DNA from: Bacteroidaceae bacterium
GTDB taxonomy: Bacteria > Bacteroidota > Bacteroidia > Bacteroidales > Barnesiellaceae_A
Direction of reading: 5' to 3'
DNA length: 64,000 nt
NCBI GenBank assembly: GCA_017532725.1
Contig: JAFXIZ010000072.1
Location: 9,956 to 73,955 of the forward strand
Under the pieces are notes generated by a model. The model did no database searches. It was given only the letters and a program-made list of their open reading frames with translations, and was not told the DNA's origin. How positions within the stretch are numbered: the stretch's first letter is position 1; the number at the start of each line of letters is the position of its first letter. The translations under genes and the position numbers were made by a program. Below, in pieces: positions 19,636-29,555 of the stretch.

Positions 19636-20766
19636 TTACTCCACTACAAACAGGTCGCTGATGATGCTGTCGCTGATGAATAGCCCTTGTCGGGTGATGC
19701 GCAGGTAGCCATCGGTGCGCTCCATATTGCCACAGGCTATGTGTGGTGCTGCCATTTGCTGCATATAGTCGATATATCGGGGTGCGAATTTGTCCGACAG
19801 TGTGCGCTCGTCGATGCCTTGTCGGGTGCGTAGGCGCGTGAGCAGCATATCGTTGTAGCGATCGGTTTCCGACAGTTGCTCCTCTTCGTAACAGCACTTG
19901 TGTTGCTCTATGGCGTGGATGTAGGCGCGAGTGTCGGCAGGGTTGTATCGGCGTGTTGCGCCGTCGTAACTGTGGGCTGCGGCTCCCAGCCCGAGGTAAG
20001 GGGTGTCGTTCCAATAGGACGAGTTGTGCGCTGCCTCGCGCGAGGGTAGGGCGAAGTTGGATATTTCGTATTGTCTGTAGCCCGACCGTTCGAGCCGTTC
20101 TATCAACTCCCTATACATTGCCAACGACAACTCCTCATCGCACTCCGTTACCTTGCCTTGTTCTTTGAGGCGCATCAAGGCTGTTCCCTCCTCATAAATA
20201 AGGGCGTAGGCCGATATGTGTTGTATGCCCAGCGATAGTGCTGTGTCGATGTTCTGCCTCCACGCATCGAGCGACTGTCCGGGCAGGCCGTATATAAGGT
20301 CTATGCTGATGTTGTCGTAGCCGGCCGATTGACATCGGGCAATGGCGTCGATAGCACCTTGTGCCGAGTGTCGGCGACAAAGAAATCGCAGGTCGTTGTC
20401 ATCGAAACTCTGTATGCCCATACTGATGCGATTGATGGGCAGTGTGCGCAGTGTGGCAATGTATTGTTCCGAAAGGTCGTCGGGGTTGCACTCGATAGTA
20501 ACCTCGTGACATTGTTGCCAATCGATATACTTGCTCAAGTGGGTGAACAGTCGTTGCAGCGACGCAGCCGAGAGTTGCGACGGTGTGCCACCACCTATAT
20601 ATAATGTGTATATGGGTGCGCCTTGCAATTCGGCAATGCGCATATCCAACTCGGTGCATAGTGCATCGATGTACTGATCTTGTACCGACATATCGGTACC
20701 CGAGTGAAAGTCGCAATAAATACAGCGTGTGCGACAAAATGGAATATGTATATACAATCCTGCCAT
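19636..20766 (-). CDS. hemW: radical SAM heme chaperone HemW (coproporphyrinogen III oxidase-like)
   Basis: MAGLYIHIPFCRTRCIYCDF (CxxxCxxC). Start set at the ATG at 20766. The alternative upstream ATG at 20832 cannot be excluded. Confidence 0.85.
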   Translation of the reverse strand: MAGLYIHIPFCRTRCIYCDFHSGTDMSVQDQYIDALCTELDMRIAELQGAPIYTLYIGGGTPSQLSAASLQRLFTHLSKYIDWQQCHEVTIECNPDDLSEQYIATLRTLPINRISMGIQSFDDNDLRFLCRRHSAQGAIDAIARCQSAGYDNISIDLIYGLPGQSLDAWRQNIDTALSLGIQHISAYALIYEEGTALMRLKEQGKVTECDEELSLAMYRELIERLERSGYRQYEISNFALPSREAAHNSSYWNDTPYLGLGAAAHSYDGATRRYNPADTRAYIHAIEQHKCCYEEEQLSETDRYNDMLLTRLRTRQGIDERTLSDKFAPRYIDYMQQMAAPHIACGNMERTDGYLRITRQGLFISDSIISDLFVVE

Positions 20767-20926
20767 AGCGACTAACCGATAGTGAGTGGACGGCAATCTT
20801 ATAGAACTACTGCCACTCTTGGTGCTACCCATCGTTCAACGAGATGCTCTATATTGTTATTTTGTGGTAACTTGAAATGCACCTTCGTTCATAAATTTTG
20901 ATTTTAATCCTTTATTACACTTTGGG

Positions 20927-20958
20927 CAAATATAGTGAAAGGCGAGCGAAGATGCAAA
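20927..20958 (-). promoter_or_regulatory. complete Bacteroidetes-type promoter (TTTG-N20-TATATTTG) pointing toward hemW
   Basis: On the minus strand: gaTTTGcatcttcgctcgcctttcacTATATTTGccc. It forms the gene-proximal end of tandem repeat unit 1. Confidence 0.5.
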
Positions 20959-21156
20959 TCAAACTTGTTTGAATTTGCTCTTCCGAGCCGCATCCTATAT
21001 TATGGAAATATAGTGAAAGAGAGTGAAGATGCAAATCAAACTTGTTTGAATTTGCTCTTCCGAGTCGCATCCTATATTATGAAAATATAGTGAAAGAGAG
21101 CGAAGATGCAAATCAAACTTGTTTGAATTTGATCTTCCGAGTCGCATCCTATATTA
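20928..21156. repeat. 3 tandem copies of a 77/78-bp unit
   Basis: Units start at 20928, 21006 and 21083. Each contains the imperfect hairpin gaagatgcaaatcaaac-tt-gtttgaatttgctcttc. Only a few substitutions distinguish the units. Confidence 0.9.
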
Positions 21157-21431
21157 ATTATGTGTAGCGACGGTTGTGATAGAGAGTTGCTATCCGACCT
21201 CTACGAATGTGCAATAAATATTTATTATATATGTAATATTTTGTCGTTTTAAACCTCTATCAAATAATAGAATATCGCTTTGTCTTGGAGGTTGGCTGAA
21301 AAAATATGTTATTTAACATATAATTGAAATTTGCATATTGTTTGTAATTTTTCTAATTTGCGACGCTTTTGTAAAAAAATAGCCAAAAGCAGAAAATAGA
21401 ACCAATCTTAAAACCTTAAAAAAATAATATT

Positions 21432-23588
21432 ATGAAGGTCTACAATTCGCACGAAATCAAAAACATTGCCCTTTTGGGTAGTAAAGGAGCCGGTAAGACC
21501 ACACTCGCCGAAGCAATGCTTTACGAGTGTGGTGTGATAAAACGTAGAGGTAATATCGAAAGTGGTAATACCGTAACAGACTATTTCCCCGTTGAGAAAG
21601 AGTATGGTTACTCGGTATTCCCCACTGTATTCTATGCCGAGTTCCTCAATAAAAAATTGAATGTTATCGATTGCCCCGGAGCCGATGACTTTGTTGGTGG
21701 TGCTATCACAGCATTGAGCATTACCGATACAGGTGTTATCGTTGTCGATTCACAATACGGTGTTGAGGTAGGTACTCAAAACATTTTCCGTACTGCCGAG
21801 AAATTGAAAAAACCTATCCTCTTTGCAATGAACCAACTCGATGGCGAGAAAGCCGATTATGACAATTCGTTGGAGCAATTGCGCGAAGCATTTGGTAACA
21901 AAGTTGTTCAAGTACAATATCCTATCTCTTGTGGCGCATCGTTCAATGCAATGATCGACGTGTTGCTTATGAAGATGTACAGTTGGGGTCCCGATGGTGG
22001 TGTGCCTACTATCAGCGACATCCCCGAGAGCGAAATGCCCAAGGCTTTGGAATTGAACCAAGCACTCGTTGAGGCTGCAGCCGAGAATGACGAAACACTT
22101 ATGGAGAAATTCTTCGAACAAGGCTCACTCACCGAAGATGAGATGCGCGAAGGTATCCGTAAGGGTCTTGTTACCCGTAGCATATACCCCGTATTCTGCG
22201 TGAGCGCATTGCGCGATATGGGTGTGCGTCGTATGATGGAGTTCTTGGGTAACGTTGTTCCCTTCGTCGATGATATGCCTCTGCCCGTAACAAATAACGC
22301 CGAGGAAGTTGCTCCCGATGCTAACGGCCCTGTAAGCCTCTATGTGTTCAAGACAACTGTTGAGCCTCACATTGGTGAAGTTTACTACTTCAAGGTAATG
22401 TCGGGTACACTCAAAGAGGGTGACGACTTGGTAAATATGAATCGTGGCAGCCGCGAGCGTATGGCACAACTATACTGCGTATGTGGTCAAATCCGTAATA
22501 AAGTAGAACAATTGGTAGCAGGTGATATAGGTGCCAGCGTGAAACTCAAAGACGTACGCACCGGTAACACGCTTAATGAAAAAGGATGCGAATATGTATA
22601 TGACCTCGTTCAATATCCTGCTCCCAAATATCAACGTGCCGTACGTCCTCAAAACGAGGCCGATGCCGAGAAGTTGAGCGAAATACTTACTCGTATGCAC
22701 GAGGAAGATCCTACTTGGGAAGTTGAGCAATCGAAAGAACTCAAACAAACCATCGTTTCGGGTCAAGGTGAATTCCACTTGCGTACACTCAAATGGCGTA
22801 TCGAAAACAACGATAAGTTGCCTATCGAATATCAAGAGCCTCGCATTCCTTATCGCGAAACAATCACAAAGGCTGCGCGTGCCGACTATCGCCACAAAAA
22901 ACAATCGGGTGGTGCCGGTCAATTTGGTGAAGTTCACCTCATTGTTGAGCCTTACTACGAGGGTATGCCTGCTCCCGATACTTATAAATTTGGTAACCAA
23001 GAGTATCGAATGAGCGTGCGTGACACTCAAACTATCGACCTCGAGTGGGGTGGTAAACTTGTTGTTATCAACAGTATCGTGGGTGGTGCTATCGATGCAC
23101 GTTTCATCCCCGCTATCGTTAAGGGTTTGATGGATCGTATGGAGCAAGGTCCTCTCACCGGTTCGTATGCTCGCGACGTGCGCGTATGTATCTACGACGG
23201 TAAGATGCACCCCGTTGATTCAAACGAAATCTCATTCCGTTTGGCCGCTCGTAATGCCTTTAGCGAGGCGTTTAAGGCTGCCGGCCCCAAGATTTTGGAA
23301 CCCGTTTATGATGTCGAAGTGCTCGTTCCCAGCGACAAGATGGGTGATGTAATGAGCGACTTGCAAGGCCGTCGCGCCATCATTATGGGTATGACCAGCG
23401 AAAAAGGCTTCGAGAAACTCTCGGCCAAAGTGCCTTTGAAAGAGATGGCTTCTTACTCTACAGCATTGAGTTCATTGACCGGAGGTCGTTCATCGTTCAC
23501 TATGAAGTTTGCTTCGTACGAACTCGTTCCCGGCGATGTACAAGACAAACTCCTCAAGGCTTACGAAGCCGAAGAAAAAGAAGAATAG
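21432..23588 (+). CDS. elongation factor G paralog (EF-G2-like, degenerate GTPase motifs)
   Basis: 718 aa with full EF-G domain architecture. P-loop GSKGAGKTT. G3 reads DCPGADDF (no catalytic His). G4 reads NQLD. Confidence 0.9.
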   Translation: MKVYNSHEIKNIALLGSKGAGKTTLAEAMLYECGVIKRRGNIESGNTVTDYFPVEKEYGYSVFPTVFYAEFLNKKLNVIDCPGADDFVGGAITALSITDTGVIVVDSQYGVEVGTQNIFRTAEKLKKPILFAMNQLDGEKADYDNSLEQLREAFGNKVVQVQYPISCGASFNAMIDVLLMKMYSWGPDGGVPTISDIPESEMPKALELNQALVEAAAENDETLMEKFFEQGSLTEDEMREGIRKGLVTRSIYPVFCVSALRDMGVRRMMEFLGNVVPFVDDMPLPVTNNAEEVAPDANGPVSLYVFKTTVEPHIGEVYYFKVMSGTLKEGDDLVNMNRGSRERMAQLYCVCGQIRNKVEQLVAGDIGASVKLKDVRTGNTLNEKGCEYVYDLVQYPAPKYQRAVRPQNEADAEKLSEILTRMHEEDPTWEVEQSKELKQTIVSGQGEFHLRTLKWRIENNDKLPIEYQEPRIPYRETITKAARADYRHKKQSGGAGQFGEVHLIVEPYYEGMPAPDTYKFGNQEYRMSVRDTQTIDLEWGGKLVVINSIVGGAIDARFIPAIVKGLMDRMEQGPLTGSYARDVRVCIYDGKMHPVDSNEISFRLAARNAFSEAFKAAGPKILEPVYDVEVLVPSDKMGDVMSDLQGRRAIIMGMTSEKGFEKLSAKVPLKEMASYSTALSSLTGGRSSFTMKFASYELVPGDVQDKLLKAYEAEEKEE

Positions 23589-23617
23589 TATAATAATATG
23601 TTTTCATAATAGAATTT

Positions 23618-23651
23618 CCCTACGCCGCAGTGATTGCGCCGTGGGGTTTTT
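23618..23651 (+). terminator. terminator after the EF-G paralog
   Basis: Imperfect GC-rich hairpin ccctacgccgc...gcgccgtgggg followed by ttttt. Confidence 0.55.
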
Positions 23652-23860
23652 CTTAAATTTAAGGTTAAAAATATTAAATACACCAATTTTTTTAAGAGTT
23701 TGTTTGCTATTAAACATTTATTTGTTAATTTTGCAGTGAATTGTTAATAGTAAAATATCCTATTAAAAGAAAAAAATAAACATAACTACAAAATAGTTTG
23801 TTTATTTCATAAAAAAGCCTTGCTGCAACTGTAGTTAACATTCTTACAAAAGAGTACGAT

Positions 23861-25405
23861 ATGAAAAAATCGACGATATGGTTTCTTACGATAACGATGG
23901 TAGTCACCTTCGTCGGGTTGCTCTTTACGCAATTTATGTATATGGAGGATATGATAAGAATGCGTATGGAGCAGTTTAAGGAGGCTGTACAGCGCAGCCT
24001 TTACACCGTATCGACTCTGTTGGAGGAGGATGAGGCACAGGAGTTTCTTACCGAAGCAATCGAAGAGGACTTGCTGTCGCATCACGGCGATGATATGAAC
24101 AGTGTGATTGTGCAGCCACAGTTGTCTATCACACGACCCGACGGCTCGGTAACAACCTTTACTTACAATTCGTTCAAGGAGCGTGTCAAAGCACTGCAAG
24201 ATGTACCCTCGTGGAAGGATGTGGGCAAGATGCCTCCTCCTATGATGATTGCCTACAAGAATATGCAGGATATGCTCAAGAATCAGTACCTGTATCAGCG
24301 CGCTCTCATCGATAATGTTATTATCAACCTATTGGGGCAGGCTGCTGCACGACCTATATTGGAGCGTGTCGATACACACAAATTGGGCACATATCTCAAG
24401 ACCGAGTTTGAAAACAACGGCCTGAATTTCCCCTTTGAATATGCCCTTATCGATAACAAAGGTAAGGTGGTATATCACAGCGAAGGATACGATGCCGCTG
24501 TGTCGGATAAGATGCTCTTCTCGCAGATAATCTTCCCCAACGATCCCCCGGGACGTCGCAATGCGTTGAGGGTATATTTCCCTACGCAGAACGATTATAT
24601 TCTCGATTCGGTGCGTTTTATCATTCCCTCTATCATCTTCACGCTTGTGATGTTGGTAACATTTACATTCACGATAATAGTCGTATTCCGTCAGAAGAAA
24701 CTTACCGATATGAAGAACGACTTTATCAACAATATGACGCACGAGTTTAAGACACCTATATCTACTATTTCGTTGGCTGCGCAAATGCTCAACGACCCTG
24801 TTATGACCAAGAGTCCGGCTATGTTCAGCCACATTTCGGGCGTTATCAACGACGAGACCAAGCGTCTGCGTTTGCAAGTCGAGAAGGTATTGCAGATGTC
24901 GATGTTCGACCGTCAGAAGACACAACTCAAGTTGCATAATGTCGATGTAAACGACCTCATAGCCAGCGTGATGAGTACCTTCAAGATTAAGGTCGAAAAG
25001 TTTGGTGGTACAATCGATGCCGACCTCCCTGCCGAGGATATGATTGTTGCCGTCGATGAGATGCACTTTACAAACGTTATCTTCAACTTGCTCGACAATG
25101 CCGTCAAGTACCGACGTGAAGAAGTACCCTTGTCACTCTTTATCAGCACCCGTATTATTGCCGATGATAAGGTCGAAATTTCAATCAGCGACAATGGTAT
25201 AGGTATAAAGAAAGATGATTTGAAAAAAATATTCGATAAGTTCTACCGCGTTTCTACCGGCAATCGCCACGATGTCAAGGGCTTTGGTTTGGGTCTTGCT
25301 TATGTTTACAAGATTATAAAAGACCACAAAGGCGATATCCGTGCCGAAAGCGAATTGAACTCCGGCTCGACATTTATAATAACATTACCATTAATAAAAG
25401 ATTAA
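23861..25405 (+). CDS. two-component sensor histidine kinase (RprX-like)
   Basis: Two TM segments flank a periplasmic domain. H-box FINNMTHEFKTP. N/G boxes LLDNAVKY and DNGIGI...GFGLGL. Confidence 0.9.
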   Translation: MKKSTIWFLTITMVVTFVGLLFTQFMYMEDMIRMRMEQFKEAVQRSLYTVSTLLEEDEAQEFLTEAIEEDLLSHHGDDMNSVIVQPQLSITRPDGSVTTFTYNSFKERVKALQDVPSWKDVGKMPPPMMIAYKNMQDMLKNQYLYQRALIDNVIINLLGQAAARPILERVDTHKLGTYLKTEFENNGLNFPFEYALIDNKGKVVYHSEGYDAAVSDKMLFSQIIFPNDPPGRRNALRVYFPTQNDYILDSVRFIIPSIIFTLVMLVTFTFTIIVVFRQKKLTDMKNDFINNMTHEFKTPISTISLAAQMLNDPVMTKSPAMFSHISGVINDETKRLRLQVEKVLQMSMFDRQKTQLKLHNVDVNDLIASVMSTFKIKVEKFGGTIDADLPAEDMIVAVDEMHFTNVIFNLLDNAVKYRREEVPLSLFISTRIIADDKVEISISDNGIGIKKDDLKKIFDKFYRVSTGNRHDVKGFGLGLAYVYKIIKDHKGDIRAESELNSGSTFIITLPLIKD

Positions 25406-25409
25406 AACT

Positions 25410-26120
25410 ATGGACGAAAAATTGCGTATTTTGCTTTGCGAAGACGACGAAAATCTCGGTATGTTGCTTCGTGAATATTTGCAAGCCAAGGATTATGATG
25501 CCGACTTGTTCTCGGACGGTGAGGCTGGCTATAAAGCCTTTTTGAAAGGAAATTATGACTTATGTGTTTTGGACGTGATGATGCCTAAAAAAGATGGTTT
25601 TACATTGGCACAAGAGATTCGTGCTATGAATGCCGATGTTCCCATCATTTTCCTCACTGCCAAGTCGTTGAAAGAAGATATTTTGGAAGGCTTCAAGATT
25701 GGTGCCGACGACTATATCACCAAACCCTTCTCTATGGAAGAACTCGTATTCCGTATCGAGGCTATCTTGCGTCGTGTAAAGGGTAAAAAAGGCAAAGAAG
25801 TTACTTTCTATCGCATCGGTCAATTTACATTCGATACACAGAAACAAGTGCTTGCCATCGGCGATAAGACTACCAAACTCACTACCAAGGAGTCGGAACT
25901 CTTGAGCCTCCTCTGCGCTCATATCAATGAGATATTGGAGCGTAACTATGCGCTCAAAACCATCTGGATTGATGACAACTACTTCAACGCGCGTAGTATG
26001 GACGTATATATCACCAAGTTGCGTAAGCACTTGAAGGATGATCCCTCAATCGAGATTATCAACATCCACGGTAAGGGTTACAAACTTATCTCTCCCGAGC
26101 CTGCCGAGGTAAAAGCATAA
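25410..26120 (+). CDS. OmpR/PhoB-family response regulator (RprY-like)
   Basis: Receiver domain (DD...D...K) plus winged-helix output (...IHGKGYKLI). Starts 4 nt after the kinase stop. Confidence 0.9.
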   Translation: MDEKLRILLCEDDENLGMLLREYLQAKDYDADLFSDGEAGYKAFLKGNYDLCVLDVMMPKKDGFTLAQEIRAMNADVPIIFLTAKSLKEDILEGFKIGADDYITKPFSMEELVFRIEAILRRVKGKKGKEVTFYRIGQFTFDTQKQVLAIGDKTTKLTTKESELLSLLCAHINEILERNYALKTIWIDDNYFNARSMDVYITKLRKHLKDDPSIEIINIHGKGYKLISPEPAEVKA

Positions 26121-26205
26121 CGATAAAGTCATTCTATCGCAAGAGGTTGTGTCAGATTTTAATGTATTTTGGCACAACCTCTTGTTGCAAAAAAAATAAG
26201 CCTCA

Positions 26206-27639
26206 ATGAATAGGTTGTTGCACATATTCTTGTTGTGTTGCCTTGTCACATCGGTGCGCGCCATCGATGTGGCCGGTACGTTACTGACGGGTAGCACGAT
26301 GCGACACGCCTCGGTAGGTGTACATATTGTCGATGTCGATACACGCGAGGTTGTTGCTTCCTATCAAGCCGATAAGGCTCTCTCGCCGGCATCTGTTGTC
26401 AAGGTGCTTACTGCTGCAACGATACTCGAATGTTATCCCGACACGACTCGTTGGTACACTACGATGGGGTATGACGGCACTCGCTCGGACAGTGTGCTGC
26501 AAGGTAACATCATTGTGCGTGGTGCTGCCGACCCGGCATTGGCGCACGACAAGATGCAACAGTCGCGCACTGCCTTGCTCGATGCTATGGTGGCTGCTGT
26601 CGAGCGTGCCGGTATAAAGCGTGTCGAGGGCGATATTATAGTTGATGCCTCGATATGTGCAATGGACATCAATGGCAGTTGGATGCTTGAGGATGTGGGA
26701 CACGCCTATGGCGCAAGTTGCTATGGATTGAACTATTGTGGCAACGAGTATAAGTTATATCTTCGTACCGGTGCTGTAGGCAGCCGACCCCACATAATAG
26801 GAGAGTCGGACTATATCTATCCTATAGAGCATCACAACTATCTGACGGTCGATACCGACGATACCTCGTTGGTGCAATCGATGCCTTATGCCGATGATTG
26901 TTACTTGTGGGGTACGGTACCACAAATGCGCGACTCCTTTGAGTTGAAGTGTGCAGTGCCCGACCCACCCGCACTCTTGGCCTACGACTTGCGCAATGCT
27001 TTACTTGCTGCCGATATAGCCGTGAGTGGGCAGGCTGTTACCCATCGCGATTGCATCGATAAGGGTAGGGCTGTGCCGGTGTGGCACACACACCTATATA
27101 CGCACGCTTCATTGCCCTTGTATCCGATGTTGCGCTATATGATGCATCGTAGCAACAATCTCTATGCCGAGGCTATGTTGGCATACATAGGTCTTTCGCA
27201 AGATAGCGTGGCTCGCAGCGAACAATCGTTGCAAACAATGTGCGCAATGTGGCGCGATAGAGGGCTTGATGTAAATGGTCTGAAGTTGTATGACGGCTCG
27301 GGCTTGTCGCGAAAGAATCTTATGACACCTCGTTTTATGGCATCCCTATTGGTCGAGGCGTACCACGATAGCCGATTGGGGCAGGATTTTGTCAACCTCT
27401 TTCCACGAGCCGGTCGAGAGGGGTCGGTACGTTCCTTCTTTGCCAAGAATCCTCTCCCCGGCGTGTTGCGCGTAAAGAGTGGCAGTATGGGTGGTGTGCT
27501 ATGTTATGCCGGATATTATACCTATCGCAATAAGACTTATGCAGTTGTGCTGATGAGTAACAATCACACTTGTAAGGCCTCGGAGGTAAGGCGTAGATAT
27601 GAAAAATTGCTGCGTGACCTGTGGGCTGCAAAGAAATAG
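26206..27639 (+). CDS. dacB: D-alanyl-D-alanine carboxypeptidase/endopeptidase (PBP4 family)
   Basis: Signal peptide, SxxK (SVVK), SxN (SNN) and KxG (KSGS) motifs in PBP4 order. Confidence 0.85.
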   Translation: MNRLLHIFLLCCLVTSVRAIDVAGTLLTGSTMRHASVGVHIVDVDTREVVASYQADKALSPASVVKVLTAATILECYPDTTRWYTTMGYDGTRSDSVLQGNIIVRGAADPALAHDKMQQSRTALLDAMVAAVERAGIKRVEGDIIVDASICAMDINGSWMLEDVGHAYGASCYGLNYCGNEYKLYLRTGAVGSRPHIIGESDYIYPIEHHNYLTVDTDDTSLVQSMPYADDCYLWGTVPQMRDSFELKCAVPDPPALLAYDLRNALLAADIAVSGQAVTHRDCIDKGRAVPVWHTHLYTHASLPLYPMLRYMMHRSNNLYAEAMLAYIGLSQDSVARSEQSLQTMCAMWRDRGLDVNGLKLYDGSGLSRKNLMTPRFMASLLVEAYHDSRLGQDFVNLFPRAGREGSVRSFFAKNPLPGVLRVKSGSMGGVLCYAGYYTYRNKTYAVVLMSNNHTCKASEVRRRYEKLLRDLWAAKK

Positions 27640-27732
27640 TGCTATAAAGCAAAAAAAAGAGGCACTATTGCGTTAGAAATATTTTAAGATTAGTTATTTT
27701 TGTAATGTGATTATACCAATTCTATAAGAGAG

Positions 27733-28797
27733 ATGAACGATACAAAATACATAGCCGAGCAATTATCACAGTTGCGTGACCTGCTCATCGTTATTGAGCG
27801 TGGTGGCGATAAGTCGCCCGACGTGCTGTATAAACTCGCCATAGAGAAGTCGCAGAAGATAACATCGTTGGTCGAGCAGTGGCGCAATGATGCAGCACCG
27901 GCACAGGTAGAACTCCCCGAGGAGTATGCTCTGTGGCTCGATGGTTGTACCGAGGAGGAGGCTGCCGAGGATGCTCAACCCGAAGAACTCCCTGCCGAGG
28001 ATGAGGTAAGCCACTCCATCGACTTTGCACTTGAGCCTATGCCCGAGCAACCCCAAGAGGAAGAACCGTTTGTTGAGGCTGAAAATGAGGTCGAGAGTGA
28101 GGGTGCCGATGATGTCGATGAAGACGATGATGAATACATCGCCCCCTTTGTCGAGGATAGTTACGAGGTATCGTCCACACCCCCAAGCGAGGTAGTAGTG
28201 GAAATAGAACAGCCGACAATAGTTGTCGGGGATGAGCCTGCAACTATAGAGGTGGAGCAACCCGAACAACCCTTCGCTCAAGAAGATAATGTGGCTGATG
28301 ACTTTATCGAGATAAGCGAGTCGGAGCCTGTTGAGGTAGAGGAGTTTGTCGAGGATAATGCCGTCGATTTCTTTGTCGATGAAGTTGTCGATGAGGTTGA
28401 CTCCGACTATGGCTTTGTGCCCGATGATGATGAAGCAGAGGAGGATGAGCCGGTCGATGTCGAGCCTCAAGACTATGCAGAGGATGATGAGGAGCAAGAC
28501 CTATACAATCGAGGCGAGCCCTTCGATGTCGAAACTCCCGTTACGGTGGGCGAGATGATGAGCGTTCGCCAAGCCAAGGAGTTGCGCAAAGCACTCAGTC
28601 TCAACGACCGTTTCCGTTTCCGTCGTGAGTTGTTTGGCAACAGCGACATAAATATGAATAACACCCTCAATCTGCTTGACACTATGAACGACCTTGCCGA
28701 AGCACGAGAATACCTCTTGCAAGACTTGGGGTGGAGTACCGATGAGCCTGTAGTGCAAGAGTTCCTTTCACTTGTCGAGCGACATTTCAAACAATAA
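27733..28797 (+). CDS. hypothetical protein with a long Asp/Glu-rich low-complexity core
   Basis: Helical N-terminus of about 60 aa, about 200 aa of D/E/V/P-rich sequence, and a structured C-terminal domain of about 90 aa. Confidence 0.6.
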   Translation: MNDTKYIAEQLSQLRDLLIVIERGGDKSPDVLYKLAIEKSQKITSLVEQWRNDAAPAQVELPEEYALWLDGCTEEEAAEDAQPEELPAEDEVSHSIDFALEPMPEQPQEEEPFVEAENEVESEGADDVDEDDDEYIAPFVEDSYEVSSTPPSEVVVEIEQPTIVVGDEPATIEVEQPEQPFAQEDNVADDFIEISESEPVEVEEFVEDNAVDFFVDEVVDEVDSDYGFVPDDDEAEEDEPVDVEPQDYAEDDEEQDLYNRGEPFDVETPVTVGEMMSVRQAKELRKALSLNDRFRFRRELFGNSDINMNNTLNLLDTMNDLAEAREYLLQDLGWSTDEPVVQEFLSLVERHFKQ

Positions 28798-28801
28798 GAG
28801 T

Positions 28802-29536
28802 ATGGGTAAACTATATTTAGTACCTACACCGGTAGGCAATCTTGAGGACATAACATTGCGAGCCTTACGCATCTTACGCGAGGTGGACACCATTTTGGCC
28901 GAAGATACGCGCACAAGTGGCATCCTGCTCAAGCATTACGACATACAGGCTCGGTTGCAGTCGCATCATAAATTCAACGAACACAGCACTGCCGATGCCG
29001 TAGTAGCACGCCTGCAAGCCGGCGAAACGATAGCACTCATTACCGATGCCGGCACTCCCGCAATTTCCGATCCCGGTTTTCTGCTTGTGCGCGCTTGTTG
29101 TCGTGCAGGTGTCGAGGTCGAGTGTCTGCCCGGTGCTACAGCCTTTGTTCCGGCATTGGTTATGTCGGGATTACCCAACGAGAAGTTCTGCTTTGAGGGC
29201 TTCTTGCCACAAAAGAAAGGCCGTAACACACGACTTGATGCACTTGCCGCCGAGGAGCGTACGATGATTATCTATGAGTCGCCCTATCGACTTGTCAAGA
29301 CCCTCTCGCAACTCGCCGAGGTGATGGGAGAGGAACGCGAAGCCGCCGTGTGTCGTGAGATATCGAAGTTGCACGCCGATACCCAACGAGGCACACTCGC
29401 GCAATTGGCGCAACATTACACTGAGAACGAGCCCAAGGGCGAGATTGTTATAGTTGTTGCCGGTGCGCCCGAACAGCCTCGTATGAAGAAAGATAAATAT
29501 GCCCATAAAAAAGAGAATAAAGAAATTATCGATTAA
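28802..29536 (+). CDS. rsmI: 16S rRNA (cytidine1402-2'-O)-methyltransferase
   Basis: MGKLYLVPTPVGNLEDITLRALRIL...DAGTPAISDPG is the tetrapyrrole-methylase-fold RsmI signature. Start set at the ATG at 28802. Confidence 0.9.
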   Translation: MGKLYLVPTPVGNLEDITLRALRILREVDTILAEDTRTSGILLKHYDIQARLQSHHKFNEHSTADAVVARLQAGETIALITDAGTPAISDPGFLLVRACCRAGVEVECLPGATAFVPALVMSGLPNEKFCFEGFLPQKKGRNTRLDALAAEERTMIIYESPYRLVKTLSQLAEVMGEEREAAVCREISKLHADTQRGTLAQLAQHYTENEPKGEIVIVVAGAPEQPRMKKDKYAHKKENKEIID

Positions 29537-29555
29537 TCCATTAATAAACAAACGT

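Noticed and set aside
20928-21156. The 77-bp tandem repeats as a CRISPR array.
   Set aside because: The units are contiguous with no unique spacers between them. There are only three copies, no cas genes are nearby, and each unit carries promoter-like elements.
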